64,000 nucleotides of DNA from the human T2T-CHM13v2.0 reference genome, Homo sapiens (GCF_009914755.1 NC_060926.1), one strand, 5' to 3'; shown: positions 31,917 to 44,920, counted from the first letter of the stretch. Program-made: numbers and translations. Notes: generated by a model not told the origin, from the sequence alone.

Positions 31917-33648
31917 TGCTCTATCACTACTTAACAAATAGCCTCTGCACTCAAGAGTGCTTTGTTTTATAACACAGAAACGTTCACACTGTAACAAACT
32001 GGATTTTGGGAAGTGAATTCTATTTTCCCATAAGTAGACTTTAAAATTTTAAAGATACATTATTCATTTTGAAGGCTGGGAGTGATTTCTTATACTTTCT
32101 TCTATAGGCCACATTCCATGCTTTTCCCTTCCTCATCTTCACCACAGTGGTTAAAGATTTAGAATTTAGAAATCCTTTTAAAAGAGCATTTTTCACCCCA
32201 ATTTATCTTTTTTATTCGTCAGGAATGCGAGTATTTGAAAAGTTGACTTGTAAACCTTACTTCTGAAACCACACCTTGAAAATGCCAAATATCTCTTTAG
32301 GAAAGAAAATGTTTGTACCAAAAAGGTCCACATTTAAGGAAAATGCTGCTATTAAATAATGCTTAGATACAAGGTACTGAGAAACAGCGAGAATTTTATT
32401 ATTTTTCAGAAAAAGAAGACACTTTTTTAAAGTACCTATGGAGGATCATCACCAAGTAAGAAATGGCACTTCTAGTAATGCACTTGGGCACAGTAAACAC
32501 AGTCCCAGACTGAAGCCTGGTGAAGTGAATTCTAGGCTCAGTTTTGCCACAAAAGAGCCATGTGACTTTGGGAAACAACCTCTCTGGGTCTAAGTTTAAT
32601 TTATAAAATAAGATAGTTAAATAAAAGTAACACTTTGATTCTAGCAGCTTAATTCACTGGGAAGTATTTACCTCAAAAAGCATTTGAGGTATGTAACACC
32701 TCTAACGTGTTTGATCAAATGACATAATTAAAACTGAACTGGAAACTTGATATTGTGAATAACTTACTTAGGCTGTTCTCGTAGCTATCAATTACATATC
32801 ATTGTACTTTGCTTCTTCAAAAAAGCTGAATACTTTGAACGTCTAATGTTCACATATTGAGTTTTCTTAAAGTCAGGTACGTATGTACCATAGTCGTTTT
32901 GTAAAAGGAAAGAATGTATCTTTTCAGTCCTTTTTCCCAACCCATTGTCATTGCAGACTGAGAAAAAAACAGCTTGAAGTCTTAACCACCAAAAGCAACA
33001 GTGCTGCAGTAATTACACCACAAAAATAACATTTCATTCTTAATGAATACTCAGTCTCCTGAGATTACAGTTATCTTCTGGTAACCAACTTTATTCTGTC
33101 TGCTCTCATTCGTTAGTGCAAACATTTTCAATTTTAACCCATATTCAGTTCACAAATCATACTTATTTCCAACGGAATATACTGAGTCCAAAAAAAAAAT
33201 TCCCCAATAGTCCAACAGGAAGCAACACATGCATTTGGCAATTCCAAGGAGGCTGGGGACTCACAGATACCTCGTTCAAAATAAATAAACTTTCCAAGGA
33301 TTTATTTACCGACGGGAAAGGCAGGTTTGAAAACAACCAGTTAACTTCACTCCCAAGTTGGCATCTTAGAGAATCTTTGTGCGTTTGCAAAACACCCAGG
33401 ACCTCTGAGCCTCCCAGCCGAGAATTGGCCAGGGGAGCACACGCCCATCGGCCCTGCCGGGAGAGGAAACAATGGGAGAGGCGCGAGGGAGCAAGCCGGC
33501 GCCCCGGGCGCCCCAACTCTGCGGCCCCGGCCCGCCCCGACCCCACGCGCCGCGCCCCCTCCCCGGGCGCCCAGGCCCCCCAGGCCCCCGCCCCCGAGCC
33601 CCGGGACGCGGCCCACCTGCGGCGGCGCGGGGAGACGGCTGCACTTAC

Positions 33649-33667
33649 CAAACAGGGTCAGGGCCAT
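33649..33667 (-). CDS. CHN1: CHN1 (alpha2-chimaerin, RacGAP) first coding exon, 19 nt: MALTLF + first base of Asp codon
   Basis: Minus strand reads tttacaATGGCCCTGACCCTGTTTG|GTAAGTGC: Kozak A at -3 and G at +4, consensus GTAAGT donor, inside a CpG island. The peptide matches the recalled N-terminus of human alpha2-chimaerin. Confidence 0.93.
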
Positions 33668-34018
33668 TGTAAAGGCGCTCGCCGCCGCCCGCGAGTCCAG
33701 GCGCTCCTCCCAGGCGGGCTAGGGATCACCTCATCAGCCCGCCGCACCCACACCTCGGAGAGAGTGGGGTGCCCGATGGGGCGTGCTGGGGGCGCCGGCG
33801 CCCGGGGAGGCTGCAGGCCGGGACGCGGGGGACCGCTGCAAGAAAAAGTTATTCACGCGTTATTGTCGGGCGCACCGGGCCCAGGGAGCCCCGCTAGCTC
33901 TCCGCGAGCCGGCACTTGTCGCTGCCATCAGGCGCGGAGCGTGCGCGCGGGAGGAGGTACCTGCGAGGCAGGAGGCTTGGCCGCGGCGCAGTGGCTGGCG
34001 GAGAGGCGGCGCCGCACT

Positions 34019-34036
34019 GGCGGCGGCGGCGGCGGC
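34019..34036. repeat. (GGC)6 trinucleotide repeat in the CHN1 leader
   Basis: ggcggcggcggcggcggc read directly from the sequence. Confidence 0.9.
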
Positions 34037-34108
34037 GACGGGGAGAGCAGCAGCAGCCTCGCACAGCCCCCGGCGGGGCGCGCTCACTCCGCATCCCGCG
34101 GCCTCGCA

Positions 34109-34120
34109 GACGCCATCTTG
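34109..34120 (-). promoter_or_regulatory. YY1 motif overlapping a uATG
   Basis: CAAGATGGCGTC versus YY1 consensus CAAGATGGCGGC. Confidence 0.55.
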
Positions 34121-34191
34121 CGATAGCGTCTCCCACGAGCTCGGCCGCGCCGCTGCCTCCCGCCTCTCCCTCGGGCTTCCCGGTCGAGTGC

Positions 34192-34205
34192 GTTCCCATG
34201 GCAAC
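34192..34205. promoter_or_regulatory. RFX X-box
   Basis: GTTCCCATGGCAAC matches the palindromic X-box consensus GTTNCCATGGNAAC. Confidence 0.7.
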
Positions 34206-34262
34206 GGGCGCGCGCGGGGGTAAGAGGGTGCGCCCTCATTCCCGCGGCTGCGAGGAGCCACC

Positions 34263-34277
34263 AGCGCCCCCCTGGAG
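34263..34277 (-). promoter_or_regulatory. CTCF motif
   Basis: Minus strand CCTCCAGGGGGCGCT versus core consensus CCACCAGGGGGCGC. Confidence 0.6.
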
Positions 34278-37200
34278 GCGGCCGCCCGGAGCGGGATGGA
34301 GCGGGGCCGGTGTGCGTTTTAGCTGAAAGCCCAGGTTTTTTCTTGAATGGAATTTGAGGAGGCGCAGAGAGGAGAAAAACGCTGTTACTCGAAAGAGGAA
34401 GAGTCACAGGAGGATGCTGAGTGAACGCAGCGCCCAGGCAGGGTCATCTGGGGACCTGGTGCGTGTGAGAACATATTTCTTCTCCTGGCGCCCTCCAGGC
34501 TCACTGTGGCTGGAGCCGGTGACCTGAAGCTGCAGGGCTCTGGTAGGAACAGAGGCACTGAAAGCTGCATTCCTCTCCGTTTGGACTTAGGAGCTGCTAG
34601 TAGTTCTGATGAAATTGACACACATTAGGAAAAGGAGTCGCTTAAAAAGCATCTGAGATTACCTAAGATAATTTGTTAAAAGACCAATGCTTACACCTGA
34701 TTTTCTTCCCTTTACATTATACCTCTTTGATATTGTCTCAAGGAAAAAAAAATCAGCATGTGTCACTGACTGGCACTTATTTGCCACAAAAGATTGTTCC
34801 CCTGAGCTTCTTGTATTTATCTGATAATCACTGGCAACGTCCTCCTTTCTGTGATGTTGTCTCCTCACCTCTGTCTCTGCCATGAGGAGCCATACAACGC
34901 CTTGAGATTGTCAGCCAAAAGATGTTCTTGAAAAGCTGGGTTATATGTTTTTCGTCGTTGTCGTTTAATGTATTCAAAAAGTCATTCTTCTCTAGTTGCT
35001 ATATGTGTTCCCTGTTTAAGAAATTCCTTCTTTTTTCTTGTTTCTCTGCTTAGGGATTTGATACTATTTTGGTATCTGATCATGTAGATCTTCTCTTTGG
35101 TTCTCCTTTCTTTCTACAGGCGTCTTTCCTCTTAGTTCCTCAGGTTCCCTAGTGTCTTCTCTCCCATTTTCAAATAATTCTTTAAGAATATTATAGAAAT
35201 ATCTTGTATTTAATGTATCTTAGAGATCGAATCCTGATAAAGTGGGAGATTACTACAGTACTTCCAATGGAACCACAGTTAATTCACCATCATTATTTCA
35301 AAGCAGACTTAAGCATCAGAAGAAAAGCAGGTTGGAAGGAGGAGCCAAGCCTTTTGTTTCAAGTCAGTTAACTCAGGAAGAAAGAAATATTAAAATGATT
35401 CAACATGAATGGGCAAGTGTTTAAGATGCTATATGTTTGGAATTTTGTGATGTAAAATGGCTCTCTTTAGCCACTAATCAAAATACATCTTTAAAATCCC
35501 CAGAATTTAAAATCTTTCATGAAAATGGACTCTTGATTTTGAACAACCTTTCTGCTCATAAAAAATTACAAACACACAGCTCATGAAAATAAATGAGAAA
35601 CTCAAGAAAGCTTTGTGGGATAGATTTTATAACCATATAAAGATTGCTGCTAATCTGCTCTGCAGCCAAATAAATCAGAAACCGAAGACTCCATTTACTG
35701 TTTCAACTAGTGGTCTTCAACATTTTTGGACCAAATTTCCTTTTGAGGCTCTAATGAAAATACTGTCCCTCCTCTTAGAAAAGTGCTTGCATACATACAC
35801 ACATTCACCGGAAATTTTTCACATAATTTCAAGGGGATTATGGGCTATTCAGGGACCTTAGGTGAGCCCCTGGAAGTGTTTTTTGTAATCTCAGAAAGTT
35901 TTTGCCTTTATAATTTAAAGGAAAATATTTTCCTTCAGAATAGAACCATTGAATTTTGAATAGGAAAAGACCAAAACTCCCATGATTTATAGGTAAAAAA
36001 ATTGAGTTCCCCGTAAAAAGATTTTCCCAAATGTGTTCACCTATTTAGTAGCAGAACCAATGGGAAAATCTTAGATTTCTGGTGTTCTCACCGACCACCT
36101 TCCCTACCCACATCCCGCATCAATTTAGAGGTTGCATGGTTTGAATTTCAAAAGAAAAATCTGTTTAGTATTAGAAGCAAAATAACGAGAGTATTTTGTC
36201 CTTAGCCATTCTGCATAGAGTTTGGGAAGTTGCATTTTGTCTCAAAGAGTTTTTATTAACATGCCCTTCTACTCAGAACTATGTGTCCCATCATGCTAAA
36301 AGAGAAACAATGCCTTTCTCTCCTCTTTGTTAAGCTCTGTTAGAGCATCAAGGTTTTGGTGCTGCAGCTCAGCTTGCTAGTAGCTCTCTCCATCCCTTGA
36401 GGGGTTGTCCTGGGAGTGAGACAGAGAGAAAGGAGCTGCCCTGCACTCAGATTTACCCTCCCATCATACAGCCGGCCTTTGGTTACTAGACCAGCTTTCC
36501 ACTCACTAGTTTGGCCAAATACAACTGAATCCTAGTGAAATACCCTGCTTAAACTCAAGTGAAGATCCTTTTCCTCTCCCCTTTCTACTCGCACACCCAC
36601 GTACACACACACACACACAGCTGTTTTTAAGGTACAATTTGGAACAAAACAGTGTGAATGTTGCTATGTTTCCCTTTAAAGCATCCTGCTTTCCACGAGC
36701 CATTCCTTTCAACTGACTTCCAAATGGTTTGATGCTCTAACAAAATGCTCTCTATACTTGATCAAAGTGCCTGTCTTGGAAATAGTATTGGCTTTTAAAA
36801 TAGCGTATTTTTTTCAATGAGCTATTCCTATTCTATTGCATGTGCTTCTTTTCTCACTTAGCTGAAAATAAAGCCACAGCCTTTCAGCTACAGAGTCAAT
36901 GCAAGGAAGGGCGTTAACTGCTTGGAGGTGATTATTACGGGTGGTGACTTAGATTGTTTATAAAAGAAGGGCAAAGAATGAATTGACTTCTCAAAATATT
37001 TATGTTTTCATTCAATGATTTCATTTTGTGCTTAACATGCAAGTGCTTAGAAGAGCCAGATTTGTTTATTCGTTACTAACTAGCTGTCAGATTTTTAGAC
37101 AAATGTTTTACTGTTTCTAGTTCTTATCTTCCTCCTTTGTAAAATGAAAGGATGGTACTAAGGTATCTCTAATGTCCCTTTTAGGTTTATCTGTCATTGT

Positions 37201-37951
37201 GTGATATTTTAAAATCTTTAAATTAACTGGTTTATGGATAAAACAGAGGACATTTTTATTTGAATCTTCAATATATTTAAAGTGCTGTTATATCTAAAGT
37301 TCATAAATACCTAATGTAATAAAGAAGTCATATTTTGTCAAACCAGTGGTACTGCTATTTCTTCTGCAATGTGTTGTACTAATAATGTTATATTAATCAT
37401 GTAGAAAGCAACCTTTTTCTGGTTTAACAGGATTAAAATTAAAAGTGTGCACTGAACAACCCATTTCAAATTTACTAAAACAATTTCTCATTTTTATTTA
37501 AGTTTTGTTGACTAAACAGAACCTAGACAACCCTTTAAAATGGTTTTCCTACATTTTAAACTAATGACTTATCACAAGTGTTTTGAATTTCTTTTTGTTA
37601 CCCATTTAGCTTCATTCCCATTGGTAAACATTGATTTGTTCCTCAGTTTTCAATGAAGCAGAAATTAATGAGGCGGTTTCTGCCTCACAATAACAAGTTA
37701 AAATTATAGTACTTTGTCATGTCAACACAGCTTTAAACACTAGGAATACCAGTGCTATTAGCACAGTTCCCAAAATAGTGCAGAAGTTTGCTAGTGAAGA
37801 GAAAAATGTTACACAGTATACTTCTGCTAAAGTTAAAATTAAGAAAGTTAAAATTATTTAAATATTCACAATATGTGACATTCTCTCTATCCCATATTTA
37901 TGTTACTAGTTACAGTGTTTGTTTCCACTGTGTGAATTTGTTTAAAGTGGA

Positions 37952-38247
37952 TTTGTTTTTGTTTTGAGACAGGGTCTCACTCTGTCACCCAGGCTGGAAT
38001 GCAGTGGCACAATCTCAGCTCCCTGCAGCCTTGAGTTCGTGGGCTCTAGCAATCCTCCTACCCCAGCCTCTGGAGTAGCTGGAACCACAGGTGCATGCCA
38101 CCACACTCGGCTAATTTTTGTATTTTTAGTAGAGACAGGGTTTGCCATGTTGCCCAGGCTGGTCTGGAACTCCTGAGCTCAAGCAATCCACTCCTCTCAG
38201 CCTCCCCAAAGTGCTGTGATTGCAGGCATGAGCCACTGTATCCAGCT
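37952..38247 (-). mobile_element. AluJ
   Basis: gagacagggtctcactctg...gagctcaagcaatcc. Confidence 0.9.
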
Positions 38248-38262
38248 ATTTGGTCTGTTTGG

Positions 38263-38561
<299 letters not shown>

Positions 38562-39161
38562 TATTTGGTTTGTTTTTAACAACGTTTTCCTTAAACACTT
38601 AATTCCGATTATTTTTTACCCCCCTTCTTGTTTTTTATCTCAGACTTTCTGAATTAATAACTTACCTGATATTTGTGTGGCATTCCATGATTTACAAATA
38701 GCACTTTCACAGGACAAAGACATATGCACACAAGTAACTAAGGCAGCACTTGCCTCAAACATAAGGATTTAGACCATAACACTATTTATGACAAAAATAA
38801 TATTTATGTCATAAACTGTAAAATTGCCCGTTAAGCTTAAATAACTCAATGTTTAGGAGAATTATTTGTGTTCTGTTCACCACCAGAGGGTGCCTAAATT
38901 ATAATAGTAATATTGGGCCTTAGAAATGAAGTAAAACTCAATTTGAGAAATACATAAGAAACCTTAAGAATTTAAAACTTTCTCAGTTCCCCTACACAGT
39001 GCTTGCTATAGTAGCAGAAGATAGTCACCAAAAATATGCTAAAATGAGAGGTGGCTATCATCTGGCTAGGCGCAGATTAGGAATTGGATTATTACTGAGG
39101 AAACACTGCTCAGCTCTTATTATATCACTTCCGAAGTAAAAAGAAAATGTGTTTGTAGAAG

Positions 39162-39162
<1 letters not shown>

Positions 39163-39192
<30 letters not shown>
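39163..39192. repeat. (TG)15 microsatellite
   Basis: Direct read. Confidence 0.95.
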
Positions 39193-39196
<4 letters not shown>

Positions 39197-40104
39197 TGAA
39201 GGGAGGGGAAATTGGAATTGAAAATCAGAACCAGGAGAATGGAGTTCTTGTTCATTGCTCAGCACCAAGAGGAACTCTTAGTTCAATAGGCAATAAAACC
39301 ACAGATATTACTGTAAACCCTAGGTTAGAATATTCTAAAAGACACAGGTTCTAGTTTTTTAAATTTTGTGATACAATTTCTTTTGATATACTGTCAAAAT
39401 GGCTACTGGTTTGGAGTGGCACATAAAAGGAAGGGAGTGTGTAAAGAAAAGGTCTGTTTTTAATGTGTTTTGAATAGATGTTTTAGAAGAATACTTATTT
39501 CCTGGTTAATAGTACAGCAGATCTTTTGGAATTTTTTTATAGGCTTAAAGTCAAATACATTTTCAAATACACATTAGATAAAAGAAGAATGATGATGGCT
39601 GCTCTTAAGTAAAAGTTTTTGTTCTGAACTACTATCATATTATAGTACTTTAAGCCAGCATTTCTATTCAAGTGTATTTTTCTCAGGTCACCAGGCATAT
39701 CTAATGCACAGTGTGGCTAAATGTCTATTTGACTGGAGCAGTTGGATTTCTGCCAGATTTAGTTTTCAAGAGGGTATAAGTGGATTTGGCTACAAATCAA
39801 ATCTCCCTAACATGGCCATGGTTTTTCTGGTTAACGTGGGTGTCCACAATAAGAATGACTTATTCAAGTTGATTACATTGTGAGTGGTAAATCAGGAAAA
39901 TAGCTATGAACTCTGGATTAGACTTACACAATCTCCAATTAGAAAACAGAACTGAAAAACAGACAAGTGAAATTCCATGATTAAAATCACAATCTGGACT
40001 GGAAACTCGTCTACTGCTGTGATGGAGTTTTCATAAAGCTCTTTTGTATTCTGTTGTAAAATAGGACCTGTGTCAGATATTTGAGACAATGCACATATTT
40101 AAAA

Positions 40105-40690
40105 TCATCCATCCATCCTTTATCCATTCAACAAGTATTTGCTGAGTACCTACGATATTCCAGGCATCATGCTAGCTTCTGGCAAAGAAGCAAAAGATGA
40201 ATCAAACATGTATCCAGATCTAAAAAAAAAAAAAAAAAAGTAGTCTCTTGGGAAAATGGGACAATGACAGAGGCCATAACAGGAGTACAGATTAAATTTT
40301 GTGGGAGTTCAGAAAAGAGAAAGATTATTTCTAGCTGATGAAATAGGTAAAAAGTTCATGATAGGTGAAGCTGTGCTTTGAGGTCTGAACAGGAATTAGG
40401 CAAACAGAAAAGAGAAAAAGGGAAATGGAGTTTAGGAAAGAGGGGAGAGCATGAGGAAAGTCTGAGACTTTCTAGTGAAAGCCAGAACATGAGGAAAATC
40501 GTGAGAGAAGATTTGCTGGCAGGACAATTTGTTGCAAAGGACTCATGAGAGGAAGAAGTGGGGGAAGAGGCTACACAGGCAAGTTTGAGGACAGATGTAG
40601 AAGGCCAACCTGTTGAGATGATGCTTATTATGTTGTCTGAAGCCTGCTTTCTACAAGTACTTAAGGCAACTAGGAATTTGGATTCATTAT
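40105..40690 (-). mobile_element. L2
   Basis: atccattcaacaagtatttgctgagtacctacgatattccaggc. Confidence 0.6.
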
Positions 40691-40769
40691 GTAAAACTCT
40701 GGCCTCGGATTATTTGTAGTGCCCTATTTTCCAGTAACACATTTTTGAGTTACAGTAAAACTGTCGAAT

Positions 40770-40797
<28 letters not shown>
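40770..40797. repeat. (AC)14 microsatellite
   Basis: Direct read. Confidence 0.95.
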
Positions 40798-40801
<4 letters not shown>

Positions 40802-41026
40802 CATTGTTGTAAGCTAATAAGGCACAGTATACCCTTGAGATTAAGCTCATCATTTCATCTGCTACCTCCCTGGAACTTCTAGAATGCCACAGTCATCTTG
40901 AAAAAACACTGGTCAGAAACACTTGGATCTGAATCTTGGCTTCACCTCTCACTACCTATGTGATTTGGAGAATGTTTAAACCTTTCTGGATTTCAGTTTC
41001 TTCTTCTGTAAAATGAAGGTACCTTC

Positions 41027-41600
41027 TGTATCAGTTTGCAACATTTTGGTTGCAACTGATGGAAAATTTAACTCAAATTGGCTTTGAGTTAAATGAACAA
41101 AGAGAATTTATTTGCTCTGTAATGGGAAAGACCAGAGTCAAGGTGAGTTTCAGGGAAGGCTGATCCAGCTGTGCAAAGAATGTCCCCAAGGACTTAGTTT
41201 CTTCATTTCTCTAGTCACTGTATCATATACCACAGGGCACCCCAACTCATGGCATCTCCAGACTCTCCCCTTTTGGTAGCAGGATGGCTTCAGAGCTTCT
41301 AGACATCACATAGTCCCACCTCTCCATCCAAGGGAAGAGAGTTGTGCATACATCTTGGAATCTCTCTCTCTCTTTTTCCTCTCTCTCTCTCTCATTGGCC
41401 TGAATTGGGTTGTGTGCCCATCCATGACTCATCACTGTGGCCAGGGGGAAGAGGCAAGTGCAAGCCAATCAAGAGTTACCCTGAACCTGAGGGGAATAAT
41501 CTTCTCAAACCTCATGGCTGAGGTGAATTTCCTGTAGAAATACCAGTCAACAACTAGAGGAAGGGAAAAGTAACTAGGCAGGCAACTAGCACATGTCTGC
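41027..41600 (-). mobile_element. MLT1-type MaLR LTR
   Basis: ttttggttgcaactgatggaaaatttaactcaaattggcttt...tcattggcctgaattgggttgtgtgccc. Confidence 0.55.
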
Positions 41601-41745
41601 TTCTACGGTCAGTCTGAGAGTAAAAGCACAGAGTGGACAGTCAACAAATATTTTTCTTCCTCGCTCCATGTGGATTATCTTCCTCAGTATTCAGTAAAAT
41701 CTAGTTTCTTATAAAGCCTTAAATATTTTCATTTATCTTTTGTTT

Positions 41746-41890
41746 ACTTATTTTTTCAGAGACAGAGTCTCACTCTGTCACCCAGGCTGGAGTGCAGTGG
41801 CACAATCATAGCTCACTGCAGCCTCAAACTCCTAGGCTCAAGTGATCTTCCCGCTTCAGTCTCCTGAGTAGCTGGACACCACACTCAGCT
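41746..41890 (-). mobile_element. Alu monomer / AluJ right-arm fragment
   Basis: gagacagagtctcactctgtcacccaggctgg...ctcaagtgatc. Confidence 0.8.
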
Positions 41891-43253
41891 TCAGGTCCTC
41901 TTCTTATGAAACAATCTCTTTTGAAATGCCAAAGCAGTGCCTTTCTCCTTTAACCTCATAAGTATTTGCTTCCCAGACTATATACAGTCATGGCAGCATC
42001 ACCAACACAACCTTTTGGAAATAAAAATTGTAATCAATTATTTTACGAAGTGTGTTTTCTACTATGCAATACCATCCAAACAGTTGGATTTTTTTTCATT
42101 AAATCAACCATTTGTTTTGTCATATTTTTCAATTTCAAAATAAGTTAAACCTCTTAAAATATAATTTATTCAACATCAGGAACATTATTTTGTATATGTT
42201 TTAGGATTTCCAGTTGAGCCTCAAATGGGATTCCACATCTACCTGTATGTGATGAACCAGTAAGCTTTATAGGAGCATACTTACATAAATTGTTATACAG
42301 GGATGGGTAAGTATTAATTATGTTCATAATTGGCTACCAGCTATAGAGTTTATAACAAGATAATAGATTCCAGGATCCCAAATGGCCTAGTCTCTTGCAT
42401 TCTAAGCAAGAATCCATCTGGCAAAAGGAATTTAAAGGGAATTGTAGCCTTTACTTGCATTTCACAAGGAATATTATAGTGTATACTATTCTTCTTAAAA
42501 TTTCCATCCTCCTTTTCTGCCACACCCCACAGAACACTCCAGAGTGTTCTGGAGCAGAGCACTCTCAACCCCCACAAATTCTCTCCTATACCTCAGCCTA
42601 TATGACTTTCCTGCCCCTCTCTCCAGCCCCTATTTCTTATTATGTAGATTGGTACCCCTGGTTTCTGTTTACTTTCCTTAACCTTCAAGTATTACCGAAA
42701 TTCTCCTATGTAAAGGGGATTCAGGAACTGGCACAGCAACCAAGAATCTTCCTCCTGGTCTTCCTGCCTCCAGTTCTAGTCTCTCTCTGGCCACCATATG
42801 GATTCAACACTACTAAAAAAGCTTAGAAATTTGATGTGGGAGGGTGAAATAGTACGAAATGTGGCCCAGATACAATTCCAATAAATTTTGTCCCCAGCTT
42901 AAAGTGAATGTTAGGAATGTGTGGAATGCTTTCCATACATTTTTTTTATTTGAATCTCTCAGCAACCTTATAAGGTAGATCCTGGAATCCAGGACTTTCA
43001 ACTCAGAACTCCATTGCACGTCACCTTTCTATAGGAAAGGATCTAGCCACAGATTTTTATCATTGTCATATTCATATACATTCATATAGTTTGCTCATTC
43101 AGTATCCTTTATTGTAAAAGTTAGCCTAATACCATAAAAAAAATTTTGTTATAAAAAATTGAGTTTAGAGTTGATGCTCCAATTAGAATCCAGTTTAGAA
43201 ATTCCGCCTTTATTTTCATTTGACAAAACATTCATTGATGATAATAATGTACC

Positions 43254-43620
43254 TGTATTAGTCTGTTCTCATGCTGTTATGAAGAAATACCCAAAACTGG
43301 GTAATTTATAAAGAAAAGAGGTTTAATTAACTCAGTTCCGCAGGGCTGGGGAGACCTCAGGAAACTTACAATCATGGTGGAAAGGGAAGCAAACATGTCC
43401 TTCTTCACATGGCGGCAGGAAAGAGAAATGAGTGCCAAGTGAAGGCGGATGCCCCTTACAAAATGATCAGCTCTCATGAGAACTCACTCACTATCATGAG
43501 AACAGCATGGGGGAAACCGCCCCCATGATACAATTATCTCCACTTGGTCCTGCCCTTGACATGTGGGGATTATTACTATTCAAGGTGAGATTTGGGTGGG
43601 GACACAGTCAAACCATGTCA
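43254..43620 (-). mobile_element. THE1 solo LTR (MaLR)
   Basis: tgtattagtctgttctcatgctg...gggacacagtcaaaccatgtca; 5-bp TSD gtacc/ctacc. Confidence 0.9.
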
Positions 43621-44920
43621 CTACCAGAAGTTTAGATATAAAAAAGATAAACTTCAAGTAATAAAGCAAATAACAGGTATTTATAAAATATCACTTATGA
43701 ACTTAGTATTCTGCAAAGAGCTTTGACAGAAAATTTTTACATAGAATTTGAATAGACCAACTGAAAAAAACATTATATAATTGGAGTAGATCTAAATTGA
43801 AAAACTGCTGGGAGAGAGTTAACCTGCAACTCTTGCCCTTAAATCTCTCTGGATAATGGTAGTTGGTGAGACGGCTGGCTGAGAGTAGAGAGGGAAAGGA
43901 AGAAGGGAAGGGGGTCCTGAGAACCTGCCTGTCATTGGACCATCAGTGTCACTGGAATGCCCAGATATTGCTGGCCCAGGAATTACAAGATAATAGGTTC
44001 TTCAGCAGTTGAGTGACAGGATGAAATTTATTTTACTGAAAAGTAAAATTTTAAAATTCCACTCTAAAGTAGAACCAAGAGTTTCCTGTAGAGTTTCTAT
44101 TGTACCCATAAGTGATTTCATTAATACCCCTTTCTTTCTGAGCTTGGGTCAGAAAGAAGTCTGGTTCTTTGGCTTTAAAAGTGTTTTAAGTGCCTGGTAC
44201 CTCTTAGCTGTGAGGGGAAGCCAGCTGTCTTAGGGAATGTCTTCCTGTGTTTCCTGTGTTTCTTCTGAGGAACAATGCAAATTGGAGAAAGATAACCTCT
44301 AGAGACGGGTGAAGTAAATTACTGGTTTCAACCCAAAGAAGAAAACATCCAGAATGAGAAAAAGCTTCTCATGTCTGGTCTTCAATCAGCGTGGCCACAC
44401 TTCTGTGTTCTCCACCCCTTTTCTGTGCTCAGTGCATTAGGTTAAGTTTTTCCCTCCACATTGAAGCTCGGCCTCCTTTCCAACTATAATGGGAAACATT
44501 AGGCTTTCTACCATCCAACATACATTTATATCCCATTACTTAATGGAGCAGCTAATTCATTTCTCCAGCTTATATTTTTTTAATACAGGACAGTCTCCTT
44601 AGGGAAGAGCTGGTGTTTGCTTGTCTTAGGGTAATCAGTCTCAGACCCAGGCATTTCTTAGCATAAGGGAATCAGCCTTGACAGCCTCCACGTTCCACAG
44701 TCCTTCCCACTCTCCCAGACCCTCAGGGCCTTAAAACTCCACCCTTCTTTTCCCTCCCTGAAACTTGTGAGAGTTTTATTTAATCAAAAACATTTAATAC
44801 TAGTTCTTTAGGGTCCCCCCTTTTTTTAAAGCCTGTGCATCCCACTGGTAAGGGGGATATGTTAATCCAGATGCTTGGTTAAAACAAAATGAATAACAAC
44901 AACAACAACTATATATATAC

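Larger units (their letters stand above)
33668..34130 (-). other. CHN1: CHN1 exon 1 5' UTR (TSS approximate)
   Basis: GC-rich leader upstream of the ATG, containing a (GCC)6 run and several uATGs. The TSS cannot be fixed from sequence alone. Confidence 0.6.
33400..34500. promoter_or_regulatory. CpG island / CHN1 promoter
   Basis: Abrupt switch to very high GC with dense CpG in an otherwise CpG-depleted, AT-rich window; multiple GC boxes. Confidence 0.93.

Noticed and set aside
33347-33667. 106-aa ORF beginning MALTLFGK...
   Set aside because: Read-through past the GTAAGT donor into intron 1; only MALTLF is genuine.
33116-34326. Long ORFs on both strands, e.g. 336 aa at 33116-34126 (+)
   Set aside because: Arg/Gly/Pro/Ala-rich products typical of stop-poor CpG-island DNA, with no recognisable domain. 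The real coding part is the 19-nt CHN1 exon.
39257-39277. Possible REST/RE1 site (ctcagcaccaagagga)
   Set aside because: Only the left half-site matches; the GGACAG half is absent.
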